DNA of 64,000 nucleotides from Phoronis australis (Eukaryota > Animalia > Phoronida): contig NMRA01000009.1 of the NCBI GenBank assembly GCA_002633005.1, positions 1,633,858 through 1,697,857 of the forward strand. The letters run 5' to 3'. Each line of letters starts with the position of its first letter. Position 1 is the first letter of the stretch. This document shows positions 39,701 through 51,469 of the stretch, one piece after another. The notes under the pieces are model-generated. The model saw nothing but the letters and a program-made list of their open reading frames with translations. It did not search any database and was not told where the DNA came from. Both the position numbers and the translations under genes were made by a program.

Positions 39701-41778
39701 GGGCACCTGGGATTGGGTGGTTTATCCACAAGAAAGAAAAACCCTTTCTGAAAGGAAATTCAACCGTAACCGGTAATTCGTTGGATTGGAATCGTTGGAT
39801 GTGAGTGATATATGAAATTCTTTTGTTTGATCTCACGTGCAAGCCCGTGCTGGCCAAGTTGGCTGCTAGGCCCGAGTCCGCCGATTTTCCACGTGCCGCC
39901 GAAATGGGATACAAAGTGCTATTTTTGTTATTGCAAATGTGTTTTAAGTTGCCGTTGATGTATTCCAATTTATTTTGCCATTTTCATGTTTTATTTTTGT
40001 TAGAAGTCTTATTTGGACCGACTCCAGAAGTGGTCACGTGGCAAGTTCTGAATGATCTGATTGGTCCAAGCCATTGTTTACAAATTCTGCTAGCCTGTTT
40101 TGAGTGTCCTTATAGTTATTTCCAATGTCACATAGTTTGTTCTACACCAGTGTGGCTTATGAACAATTATCTCCTGTAAGTGCTGTTTTAAACTGGAAAG
40201 TTTGGCCAACTTAGGATTGTGATTGATGTGTTCTATAGTTTAAAGTATGTTGTTTTTGACTTTCATTTTTTCCATGCTAACAGTTGGGTTATGAGGCACA
40301 GGTTGTCGTCTTGACTTTTTTCCATTGCATTGGAATTAATTTTTTGTTGGAACTGAATGTGTATGTATTTCAGGCTTTCCAGATAATCTGGGTTGATTTT
40401 TATATTTTTTAATAACTATATCGTAATTATAAGAACTTAAAATAATGAAAATAATTTTATGGGTCTCCCTGCAGCAAATCAAGAATAACCTTCTGTCACT
40501 CACACTGCAAATTTTGCATCATTGTCTTTATTATTTTAATTTCAAAAAATTATCTTTTGTTGCATCTAATCGCCTTCCTTATTGCTGCTGAAATAGATAT
40601 CAGGTACAGCTTAAAATGAGTGCGTTTTGCCAACACGACACAGTTACAGGGCATCTCGTGATAATAATGTTTACTTTCGATCTTTTGTGGTATGGTTGTT
40701 TAGATTGCAATGTGTTTTTGGTGCAGTAACAATTTTCCACTTTTTTTGTCATGGGTCATTCCAAGCCCTGATAAGTGTTAGGTACCTTTTTCAATAAAGA
40801 TTGTTTGGAAAAGATTTGCATTTGAAATTTATTGATTATGAGCTTTTGGTTTACTTTTATTTCCTGAGGTTTGTTGTGGCATGCACCCTTTTCAAATACG
40901 CCATATAGGCAGCATATCCTGGAAGCCAATATTCGGAAAACTATGAAATGAAGTTACATAATAAAAATATGACAATAAGCAGTACAGACCTTGAAAAGTT
41001 TGTAGGATGATGGACTGCGGTTTTTAATGAAAATAATGTGTGCCTCGTAATGTGGCTGGCACTAGCCCCCAGGCCACAAAATAATCACTTCAGTCTGTGA
41101 ATTCTGATTGGTTTTTGTTGCTGAATAAATATTTATTTAATGAAAATTTCTTGATTCGGACATACATTCGTTTCACTAGTTGTGACCTGCACAGGAATAC
41201 TTACGAATAAACTGTAGACACACAGTAGGTGTTTGTGCATGTGCGTTTTATTGAACAATATCGAGTAGTGTGGACTAAATAGACTAGCTATCAATGTTTT
41301 ATGAGTAGATACTGTTTGCGTTAGTGAGAAGTTGGGATAATCCTTCGTAACACAGGTAAGACTGTCAAGCATTTATTGACTAAAATTGGAGGAACGTCTA
41401 TCACGAGTACAGTGTCCTGCACTGGCTTTGTCAAATTCATTATTTGCAGGATTATGAAAATGTAGGAAAGATGGCCCAGGATCTTCACTTTTGAATTACT
41501 GTAAATTTCGTGGTAATGGTCGCATATAAAATGCCTGCTGTTTGAGAACAGTTTTCTCCACTGAATCAAACTGGTTCTTAAAATATGGGCACATTGTATC
41601 CTACTATTGCCAATTTTGTCACACGTTTTTTTGACTGTCAGTTTAAAATTACCTACTCTGTGATTTACTAGTTATAAGTTATGGAGAATTTGTGATCAGT
41701 GGAATTTGTTCCTTAACCTTGTGTAGTTATTCCCTTAAAGATCGTTTTGTCAACACAGCTCATAAGAGAAGAAGGTAA
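15702..41778 (+). CDS. MDC1: Mediator of DNA damage checkpoint protein 1 (about 1643 aa, 20 coding exons)
   Basis: Phase-consistent exons: 15702-15779, 16545-16608, 17731-17786, 19287-19379, 20259-20363, 20804-20956, 21403-21541, 21900-21950, 23633-23701, 24111-24226, 24932-25858, 26587-26748, 27936-28121, 31560-33647, 36141-36221, 36551-36619, 36946-37045, 37404-37559, 38539-38725, 41727-41778. N-terminal DQTQAI (cf. human MEDTQAI), FHA motifs (IIGR, SLSKEH, DMGSKNKT), SDTD, TQx[Y/F] repeats, and C-terminal tandem BRCT (PRIIFTGV, ATHLVTDEVRRTVKF, WL, CAGG, EFIMTGLL). Confidence 0.93.
15792..15902. repeat. 111-bp near-perfect palindrome (mini foldback element)
   Basis: TTTAAACCACAGGCGTCCTCA...TGAGGACGCCTGTGGTTTAAA. 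Arm fragments also occur at about 15079-15093 and 13027-13040. Confidence 0.85.
16545..20363 (+). CDS. MDC1: MDC1 FHA-domain exons 2-5
   Basis: Encodes VAYLEV..FPLYKG|SNIIGR..|SLSKEHCCI..YDMGSKNKTRMGK|MFLTPHIRYQL..LLLGDVTCTF. Confidence 0.9.
16672..17328. mobile_element. Kolobok-like non-autonomous DNA transposon
   Basis: TTAA on both sides; TIR GGTAATTGTCAA / TTGACAATTATC; purine-purine start. Confidence 0.7.
18050..18993 (+). mobile_element. Helentron-associated non-autonomous element (HINE/DINE-like) with internal tandem array
   Basis: 5' TTTTATACACCCACATATTTATATGTG hairpin, GTCC-like microsatellite remnant, about 140-bp CTAGTGGC subunits, 3' stem-loop CAATGC..GCATTG then CTCTTGT. Confidence 0.7.
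24932..25858 (+). CDS. MDC1: MDC1 acidic TQxY-rich exon
   Basis: 309 open codons, phase 0 at both ends; contains TQIY, TQLY, TQRY and KKVHF. Confidence 0.85.
28461..29757 (+). mobile_element. Helentron-associated element, second copy
   Basis: Same 5' block (TTTTATGCGCCC..ATGTGGACGCATTATG, CCGTCTGTCC), internal CCTAGTGGC array and 3' hairpin TAACGC..GCGTTA then CTTTTGT. Confidence 0.75.
31560..33647 (+). CDS. MDC1: MDC1 large low-complexity charged exon
   Basis: 696 open codons between a ttttcag acceptor and a CAG|GTGAGA donor; S/E/K/R-rich with RGR and RSR motifs. Confidence 0.88.
34419..36070 (+). mobile_element. Helentron-associated element, third copy, with higher-order repeat
   Basis: Same termini (GGGCATA subTIR, CAACG..CGTTG hairpin, CTCTTGT) and an internal period of about 430-445 bp. 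Confidence 0.78.
36141..38725 (+). CDS. MDC1: MDC1 tandem BRCT exons
   Basis: FTG and RRTVKF phosphopeptide-binding motifs match those of MDC1 BRCT1. Confidence 0.92.
38726..41726 (+). other. U12-type (minor spliceosome) GT-AG intron, last intron of MDC1
   Basis: 5' splice site GTATCCTTT at 38726, branch site TTCCTTAAC at 41709-41717, AG at 41725-41726, no long pyrimidine tract. Splicing gives in-frame GYSLKDRFVNTAHKRRR*. Confidence 0.88.
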
Positions 41779-42584
41779 CACAAGCCCTGGCTGACACTGT
41801 CTTTTATCCCTTGGTCTAGCTTCATCTGCACTGAGTGTATGGACTATGCCACAGATGTCTACATGATGGCTGGTGTAATCTAGAGTCATAGTACTTTTTC
41901 AGAGGATATGGACATACCCGCTGGTGTGTTGATGAGGATTACCAAGTGTTGGGATTTCTGATGTACCACTAAATCAATGGTACAATTTTATGTTTCAAGA
42001 AAACTCATTGTGCTTACTGACTATAACATTAAATGATTCGACCCTCATGCCAACAGGTGGTGGGGCAGTGTAAGTTTGCATGTAGAGATGGGTTCCCTCA
42101 ATCTGGGTTATGTAATCATTGTTTCTGAAAATCCAATGTTGGCTTAAAATTTACAATGTTGGGATATTCTAGGTTCACTATCCAATCAGATTGAAGACAT
42201 TTGAACTTGCCTATTAGTGTTATTAAATGTCACTGTTGTCAACATTTAATTAACTTCCTTCTTGGAACTGGCCAGACAGGTATCCTAACACGTTTACTGT
42301 GGGAGAAACTTGTTTCACTACTAGTGAATCAAGGGTTCTGTCTGTTACATGTGATTGTGACTTTTTCAATGTTTTTACCATTGTACTGTTTTAGTATTAT
42401 TCCTCCTTGTATCAAGTCCATGCTTGAATTATAAAACATTATATGCGGAGTCCTGCCTTGTTTCATTAGTAAGAGAGGTGTTGGTACAGTTATTGAGTGC
42501 TGAAGTTTTGTTATTAAGAACGCCTGCCTGTTACCTGCTACTGGGTCTTTTGCTTCACCCGACTATGAAGTAACCCAACGTATC

Positions 42585-43360
42585 GTCTAAAACCATTCAT
42601 TACATCGACAGTCCGTGTTTTTATGGTTCCTGTGGGCGACCGCCTTAATTGTCAAACCACGTCGTAGGGCCGGACTCCGGCACGCGCTGCCTTCAACAGC
42701 TTGGCCGAGTCCCGGCTCATCCCGTAGGCCTCCGGCGCGCGCTGCCTTGGGCAGCTTGGCCGAGACCCGCCAGACGCCGTAGGTCTCCGGCACTCGTTGC
42801 CTTCGGCAGCTTGGACGAGGCCTGGGCCCGGTCTCTAATCTTTGTACTCGAAACGAACTCGAAACTATTTTTGGCAATTTCTCTGCTCCTTTTGTGCGAA
42901 CTTTAGATAATTGGTAATCAGACTGTGCTCGAATACATTATAGTTTATGCATTGGAGTTTCTAGTTCAAGTTTGCCCTTGAAGACCCTTATATTCGTGCT
43001 ACTAACTCGAGTAAAAACTCGAAATTTCGAGTTCAAACTCGAACTTATTGCTTTAATATTGGGTTTACAAACTATGAACTAAGGGCAATAAATTATGTAC
43101 GTAAGTTATTGTGTACTCAAGCATAGAATAATAGACACTTATCTTGAGTTCGCCCAAAACTAGAGTAGAAAATGCCAAACCTAATTTCAAGTTCCATTTC
43201 GAGTAAAAAGATTGGAGACCGGGCCCCGGCTCCTGCCGTCGGACTCCCGCTCGCGCTACCTTTGGCTGCTTGGTCGACTGATTGGGACGAGTGGGCACCG
43301 AGGTTTCCCGTCGTCGCGAAACGAACGGTGCATGTCGATTACATGAGCTTGACTTAGCCA
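42585..43360. mobile_element. Old TIR element with four GC-rich tandem units of about 55 bp
   Basis: Imperfect inverted ends (TCATTACATCGACA / TGTCGATTACATGA). The unit CGTAGG..CTCCGGC.CGCGCTGCCTT.GGCAGCTTGG occurs four times, and the third unit is interrupted by a MITE. Confidence 0.55.
42825..43225 (+). mobile_element. PIF/Harbinger-like MITE (about 400 bp)
   Basis: TIR GGCCCGGTCTC..TACTCGAAA / TTTCGAGTA..GAGACCGGGCC; 3-bp flanks CTG/CCG; second copy at 55835-56225. Confidence 0.75.
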
Positions 43361-44289
43361 ACTACAGTTAGGTACCAATGTGTGTATTTCTTCCGTAGAC
43401 TCCGAAATTGCACACAGCCAGGATAGTTCTGCTCGTCACCGCGCCGTGAAACTTTTATCAACATGTAAAGCTAAAGACCGGAAGGGGTGCATGCAAAATC
43501 TGGGAATCAACCGACACTCACCTTGCCCGTTACAGCCTTTTAAGTGAAAAACAATGCAGTAAACGTCATTTTCTTGCGTAACTCTCCGCCTTTTCTAACA
43601 ATGAAAATTATGTCGGGCAAATCACAATCAAGGTCCATATTCTGTGGCCACTTTTGGTGAAAAATGAAGGTTGTCATATATATTGTCAGTTATTTTAAAG
43701 TACCATCATTCCGGGTTTGTAATCTAAAATAACACAGTATAATGAGAACTTCCTCTCTTGCAATATGATTCTTACAAAAAGAAAATGACAAATAACTACT
43801 TTTTTCAAAAACTTGATTGGTGCTATTTGCCTAGTTTTAAAAACATTCACCACTAGGACTATAATGAAATTACTCCCAGATTCACCAGTTGGTCAAAATA
43901 GTTGAAGGAATGCTAGGCCCAGTGTTCCACTTGTAAACAGTAAAAAATGGTACTGGTTGGGGGGGTACGTACACTACGCAGTCGATCAACTTCAAATTTT
44001 GACTAAGTTGCAAATGTATGGTATGGTCTCAAGTTATGTGCTTCCTCCACTTGTTGGTTTGTTGCAAGTTGTCTTGAGAGATAGAGAAGCTGCCTCTGCA
44101 ACATCAATTGTCACATGACATATCTTCTACGGTGTTTTAACATCCTAAAAGTACTAACCAAGTCCTGTGTGGCATTTTATTTCCCACAAATTTGATAATG
44201 TCCATTGTATTTTTGTCAGACTGGATGCATTTTGGAAATATCAGTATTGTTCATGAGAACAGCAGTGTGTAAATATACTTGTGGGCAAT

Positions 44290-46170
44290 ACTTTATAGCA
44301 TAGAGGTTGTAACAGTGAGATCATCCACATATGTTCGACAACTTGGTAGACGCTTGTTCTGCAATAAGGGTCCCCTCCACTCGCTCGCTTAATCATAACA
44401 CTCATGGCCATCACAAACAGAATTATAGAAATTGTGCACCCTGTCATGATCCCCTTCTGCAAAGGTTGCCACTCCGCTGTAAAACCATTAACTGAGAATC
44501 TCATTCTTGCTCCCGTGAAGTATTTGCTGATGAGAGAACGCAGATTTTCCGGCATACACATCGCCTTCTCTATAAGCTTGTGTGGCATCGACCCATAGGC
44601 ATTGGCAATGTCAAGCCATACCACAGACATGTCTTTCTTTAATTTCTTTGCATCTTTGATTAACTCCGTGATCACGCAGTTGTGTTCTAAATAACCAGAG
44701 TAGCCGGGAATGCCTCCCTTCTGCACTGATGGATTGATGTAACTGTTGTTCAACAAATATGTCGCTAGCCTGTCTGCCAGCTCAGCGAAAAAGACTTTTC
44801 CCTCCTCATCCAATAACGAGATAGAACGGAAGTCACCAATCTTCACAGAGCCTTCAGTGCCTTTCGGAATGTGCACCCCTTCTGTCTTTCCCCATCTCCA
44901 AGGCAACTCCTTCGAGCGCCAAATCACTCTCAACAGCTTCCAAAATTGGTGTAATAAGCTTGGACACTTCTTATAAACTATGCACGGTAGCCCGGGTGGG
45001 CCTGGAGCTGATTCCGTGTTGGCGTTCATGACCATCTTCCTGACATCACAGAACTTAAAATCGCCAACCTCTAAAAATACACTCGAAAATTCCTCTTCAT
45101 CCATCCAGTCAAATTCTCCCAAAGGTTCCTCGCACCGACTGTCACTGTGAACCACCTCCAGATGTCTTTCCAGCTCGTCCTTTGAGCATCTGAGCTGCCC
45201 ACTTGTCTCTTTCCCAAAAAGCTCCTTCGTGAACTTGTATGGATTGGACAGAAATTTCTTCCTCTTCCGGATCTTCACACGGACTTCCTCTTTCTAAGCT
45301 GCTCTGCCTTACACAAAGATAAAAGTTTACACCTCAGGTCCTGTCTTAAATGGGCTAAGCCTCTCCTTTCATGATCCTCTTAAGGTCTCTCAGATCCACC
45401 CGGATCTCCTTGATTTCCCTCTGTCTTCTGCTAGGCCCTTGCGTAGTTGGATTCTTTCTCTTCGCCGCCACGCCCAATCGATCTTTGCAAACTGTGTAGA
45501 CCAGCTCAGTCATGGTGATCAGTTTCTTCTGTGCAGTACGCTTTAAATTCGCCTCTAGAACGCCATCAAGATCCTCATCCAGAAGACTCCAAGACTTTGA
45601 GTCATTGCCTCTCGGCTAAATAATCCGCTCCTTCCTTGCCACCTCAAATAGTGCTTCAGTTCTTTGCCTCGGAATGCTGTCTGGATCCCGGTCCTCACAT
45701 GTTTCCGTGAGCAACTGTGACATGGAAAGCAACACAAACTCTGAGTCCTGCTCCTCCCTGCCAGATGTAAATACTTCAACACTGTCCCTCTCCAACGTGT
45801 CTGAGTCTGGTGCCGTGCCGTCTGATGCAGCGGACACACTTGCTTCCCCTATTGCTCCATGGGCTTTGAAGATCAACGCTCTGTGGGTTTTACTCTGGCT
45901 ATCCTCTTCAGTCGTCTTACTAGGAGTACTAGTAGTACCACCTAAGCGTTGCCACTGGAGACACTGTGTCTACGTCCTCTTACATCCCCTGCATACTCGG
46001 TCATCATTTATCAGTTTCGCAGTCCTTGTACGTTGCCGTGTCGTCTCCGTGGTAGTCACGTTGTTCAATGCCGTAGTTTCTGTAACTTGCGGAGTTGATT
46101 CCATAGTATTCTGATCGTTGAGCTCTTCATCCTTCCCCGTCTCGGAGAACTCTGGGGGTATTCTCTTCTT
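44290..46170 (-). mobile_element. Decayed non-LTR retrotransposon, RLE type (Hero-like), N-terminus and RT, 3'-truncated
   Basis: FLSNPYKFTKELFG, APGP.G, FRSISLL, SVQKGGIPGYSGYLEH, WLDIANAYGS, GIMTGCTIS. RTYVDDL lies in a shifted frame at about 44320. The upstream part has stops and frameshifts. Confidence 0.85.
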
Positions 46171-46679
46171 TGGTTACTCGTAGCAATATAAATGTCAACT
46201 GGATGGGTCGCTAACCCAACCAATCCACTGTCTCTCCAGAATGTCACCCGTCTCTCCAGGTCGCCACCCATCTCTCCAGGTCGTCAACTGCCTTTCCAGG
46301 TTGTCTTCCAGCCTTTTCCTGGATGTCACTGGATCTTGTCCAGACGTTGAATTACCTGAAACACTGTTGTTGTGTGCTGTTTCTCCAAGTGCTGTCATCA
46401 GCTAGAATGCATCCTCATCGATAATTTCTACCCCTAATCTAGAATCATCTCGGATGCCGGGTCCCCGAAGTTGATCAGGCTTCGGTCATCACTTGGAGTG
46501 CCACCTGTTGTCGCGCTGTAACCATAACCACGACGACGACTCTTCAGCAGATCTCATCACTGACTGCACCAAATTCTTCCTCGACACTGGGCTGATACCT
46601 AGGAACTTCATCAACCTCCACATGCTGCTTCCGATGAAACCTCTACATCCTACTTCGGCTGGCATGTATATTTATTGAA

Positions 46680-47600
46680 GAATGCACAGAACATACAAAG
46701 ACAAAATGACAAACCCAGAAATCGTGAAGCATTATATCTGGGTTGTAGACAATTCATAAATGAAACTAATATACATAGAGGTATATACATTTAAGTAGTA
46801 TCTAATATAAGTATTCTAATATTTATAAATGCTATTACGAATATATGAAAACAAAAACATGTACAGATTCATGTGTGGAAATCAGAAACAACAGTGTTTA
46901 TAAACGGTACATAAAATTTTGCAAACGTTGCTTAGGAAGAATTCATTGAGAACAAGGTCAAGGTTAGGACTGCCATTCAATAATAATGTAACTTAAGTAG
47001 AGATATTATTACAAGAATTGAGAGCTTTAACAATTGATTGGTTTTCATTGAGTGCACGAAAGAGTGAGTCTTGGATTGGACAATGGCATTTTTTCTGAAA
47101 ACACCAAATTCGCATTTCTTAGAACTTAGGTCATTGGTCATGACAATGAATTAACATTGACATAATTGTATTAAGTTTCTACACACTTCACTCGCCAACT
47201 AACACGTGCATTTTGAGAGATAGCCAACAAACATCAAGAGAAATAAAAGGAAAAATACGTTACAGGCAAAGCATTCATAATTCAATGTGCTTGTGCATGT
47301 TGGCAGAAAATTTTCTTGTGAACCAGTGATATTGACCACCATCTGCGGACTGGTAGGCACACAACGCAACAACTTCCAACAGAAGTTGTAAGAACGAAAA
47401 GAACATACGTTCATGCATGATATTAAGTGATTACTAGATCTTCAAACCGGCACACTCGTCGTCGTCAAAGAAAACACATGTAAAACAATTGTTAATGCTT
47501 CTAACAATCCGCGGTGATTCAAATGTGTTCTTGTCTTGAACCAGAATAATGATACATTACCAGTTTTATGGATAGTGTGCAAACCGTATACACAAAATTA
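46680..47600 (-). mobile_element. Highly degraded CR1/L2-type LINE 3' fragment
   Basis: The minus strand retains LLNGSPNL..N..F-like and SF....W-like remnants typical of CR1 ORF2 C-termini. No intact ORF. Confidence 0.4.
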
Positions 47601-47689
47601 TGTCTAGGGGCAAGATAGTTACAACCAACAGAATTGCAGAAAATTTGTTACTGGTTTTTGAAACTAAGGGAAGGTAACACTCCACTGCA

Positions 47690-50600
47690 TGGTGGATTCA
47701 AAGCAGTTACATACGGGACCCCTTGCCTCGTCAAAGGATCTGTTACATGGACCTCATTTCAAAATCACCAACCAACAACGATGTTGTTAAAGAAACTATG
47801 ATCCGCACAATGTATGTAGCCAGAGAGACTGGGCAAGACTACGCAGTTGTCACATATGACTTGGCAGTTGCTTTGAAAGCCTACGCAATACAAGAACTTG
47901 AAAGACCATTGTTTGATAAGCTTCTGATAATACGGAGCTGGCTTTTTATGGAGCTGTGGGAACCATGATAAATGGAAGTGGCACAGAGTTCCTACTTTCA
48001 GAGACTGGTGTCTTGGCAGAAGGGTCTATGATGGGCTTCATTAAAGGAAAATTCTACAACAGGTGCACTCGGGTTCACGAGCTTCTTGCTAACGTTTTGG
48101 AGGGCAAGATGTACCAAAAATTTCTGCATGACTTGGCTCCGGAGGAATATGAATCGTTCCTTACGGTTATGACCGCAGTCCCTTCAGATCCAGAATAAAC
48201 AGAGGCAAACCTTGATGATCCTGTAATTACTCAGCACCTCCATAAGTATGAACAAGATTTCTTTCACACAGTGATTAATGACAAATATGGCAAAACTGCT
48301 CAGTTTTGGGCAACCTACATCTTTCCCATAAACCGTGCGCACAGAGAACTCCAGAGATGCGTCAAGACAAATGACGTCAGTGGTTATATCAACATTTTCC
48401 CGACAATGCTAGAGGTATTCTTTGCCCTGAACCGCCCAAACTACGCCAGATGGGGAACGTTGTTTTAATTGAAATTTGCAGACCCACAATTGCGCGAAGT
48501 GCTGGAAAACGGAGCGTTTTCAGTGCGACGTACTAGGAACAACTTCAGTAGATCGGCTGTTGACCTGTCTTTGGAACAGTCCGTCAACAGGGATGCAGCA
48601 TCGAGCATGACAGGGATAATGGCTTTCCGCAACTCAGAGAATGCAATGCGTCGATGGTTCCTCTCTATGACACAAAGGGCAATGGCTGTAACTGAACTTA
48701 GAACAATTGCAGGACATGAAATCGGGGAGAATGCAAAGAGTCAGTGCAGTCCTTCAAGAATCAAAAAAGATAAGGAACAGATGGCATCACTCAGTGTCAA
48801 AATCGACAATTTCTGCAATCCGTTTCAGAACAATGCTCCACCGGGTCTGGTTAATATCGCAACTGGCCAAGCAGCATCCCAAGCAACGGAAGACTACCTG
48901 ATCAATGCGCTGAGCCGAGACCATGATGCGAGGGGAAAATTCCATCAGGAATGGGAAAATGACAGCAGTAGGTTTCTGCGACCAGTTAAACGTACAGCTG
49001 TCCAAAATTTCCCTGCTGAAAGCGTGAAGAATAAAGCCAAGTCATCGGCCTCCCAGAGAAACAAGACAGCCGCAGAGATTCTAAGAGATTTGTTCATACG
49101 CATAGTCGTAGTTGTTGCAGAGAGGGCAGACTTCGATCTTCGACAACTTCTGATCTCACATCCTGTCACACCTTATCCATTAGCACTTGCTCACTGCGAT
49201 GGAGCGCTCGTCAAAACGGAAAAGTCTGCTTTGCTGAAAAAAATTGAATTGTTCCAGACAGAACCTATAACAGATGGAGATTTTCTACACGACTACGTGA
49301 AGGTATTTGATGGCGGACTTCTTCTACATTCAGTCATCTCACAGACGAGAATAGGTGCAACTTACGAATCAGTTGCACGATCGATGTTATCGGTGGTCTG
49401 TTCGGGGAGGGCAGAGGAAGCACACTTGTGTCTAGACAAGTACGTAGAAAACTCAATTAAGGACAGTGAACGGAAACATCGCGGGGACTTTAATTCCATG
49501 TATGCCATAACAGGCATGCTATGCAACGGAGCTCACAAACACTTCTGAACAACAGCGCGTTCAAGAATGAACTGGCGAAGTTCCTTTTGACGGAATGGAG
49601 AAAAGACAATTATTGGCATATGTTTCATGGGAAAACCTTATTTGTTTCCCACGGTGGTGACTGCTACCAGTTCTTTACCGACAATAACCAGCAAATCATG
49701 GTGACAAAGCCTGCCCATCTCCAAGGTGACCACGAGGAAGCGGATACGCTGATTGCGTTCTACGTCGCAAACATTCCAATCGGTCATGTTAGGGTAAGGG
49801 CTTCAGATACAGATGTTTTAGTAATCTTGCTTGGTACGCTCGGACAACAGCGGCGAGAAATAAGGTCCACGACCAATGTTGTCATGGACTGTGGGATGGG
49901 AAATAACATAAGATTTATCAACATTTCCGACATAGCAAACGTTCTTGAAGTGCGCAAGTATGGACTTGGCAGAGCAATGCCTGGATATACCATGCCTTCA
50001 CTGGATGTGACTACACATCTGCCTTTTATAGGTATGTTATCGAAATCTTGATTATTGCAGTAGTGACAAGAATTGAATGAATTCGATTACAGTGAGGAGA
50101 ATTGATTGAATTCGATTAGCTGTGATTACGTCTGCCATGTAAATGAAGTCTAAGTAACGTATTATGGTTGCCTCCTTTAAATAAAAAAGTTTTCTATTAT
50201 GAATTAGTTTTACACGTCATTCCTTATTTTTCAGAAAAGGCAAAATCAAGCCCTTGGACATTGCTGAAAGTGATGAAAGGTTCATCAATATGTTCGCTAG
50301 TTTTGGAAATGTGCATGGCAGCATCGATGTCGGTTTAGTCGCTGAATTCGTATGTCACATGTACGCAAAAAGTAAGCTCAAAGATGTTAACGAGGCCCGG
50401 TTCGTCAAACTTATGGACATGACTGGCAAAGTTGCTGAGGTATGTAGTGATAACCTGTAAATAATATAAATATTCGATTTGATAATGTTTAACTACCATC
50501 AAAGTCAGCTATGCTTATATTTTTTAATTTCCTTTCAGGAGAATCCTCTTGCAAATGTAAAACGAATTGACTGTGCGTTGCTCCCGCCTTGTCTCCGTAG

Positions 50601-50907
50601 CCTGCAGATGAAGATTTGCCGAACTCAGTACGTCACAGCGCAATGGACCCGTGCCGCGACAGCATATCCTGGGGATGGACTGACACCAACTGATTATGGT
50701 TGGCATGCAACTGAAACTCACACACTTCTGCCAGTTTGGTTTGAGGGGTCCATTCTCCCTGACATTTTGTTCAGTTCGAATGCAGAAGTCAACAACAGTA
50801 ACCTTGGGAATGAAGCAACCAGCAATAGAGATAGTTCTTTTGAAGAACTGACAGATTCCGAAGATGATCCATGGAGTGAAGACTCCGACTCTGATGAAGA
50901 GGATTAA
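47690..50907 (+). pseudogene. Academ(X)-type transposase with XPG/PIN-like nuclease region, frameshifted, with two introns
   Basis: Motifs VTYDLAVALKA, FFALNRPNYARW, DLSLEQSVNRDA, FDGGLLLH, HEEADTLI, ASDTDVLVIL, HAFTGCDYTSAFYR|KGK, LPPC, PTDYGW. Introns at 50032-50234 and 50440-50538. Lesions near 47930, 48196, 48466, 49520 and 49985. The 5' end is missing. Confidence 0.8.
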
Positions 50908-51469
50908 TTACGGCACTTTGGATTTGACTAAAACATGCACAGTGAATAAGTTGGCTCATTGGAATGAGATGAATATTGGTTATAGCAATAAGTCTCCTTT
51001 TATATTTTTGTGTTTGTTACTCATGTATGGTGTTCTCCAAAAAGGATGAACAGACCTTTATGGCACCTGACATTTGGTTCATATAGTCGTCTTAAAGCTG
51101 TAACGCAGATAAAACACTCTGTTCATGTTGCGAACTTGTTATTCACAATGCTCGAGAATAACGAAGTCCTGATAGTTTTTCAGTTAAGTTAGTTTGATAA
51201 GCATTTTATTTGCCCGACACAGATATTCGGGCAATAGAACTGTTCGCTTTATGTCTTCATGGTACAATTAAAACACGTTCAAATTGATTATCCATGGACA
51301 TGATGGTATACGGTGCTCAATCATCGTGGCGACGGCCCCAAGGATTCATATTGGGTGAGGGGGTATGCAATCATTTTGTGTCATATTTTTTTGGAAATCG
51401 TGACTGGTTTGCGGTTAAGCTAAATAAAGCTTCTTGTTTATGTTTCACTAATTTATTTTTTATTATTAC

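Noticed and set aside
47690-50907. Domesticated host nuclease gene
   Set aside because: At least five frameshifts or stops and a missing 5' end.
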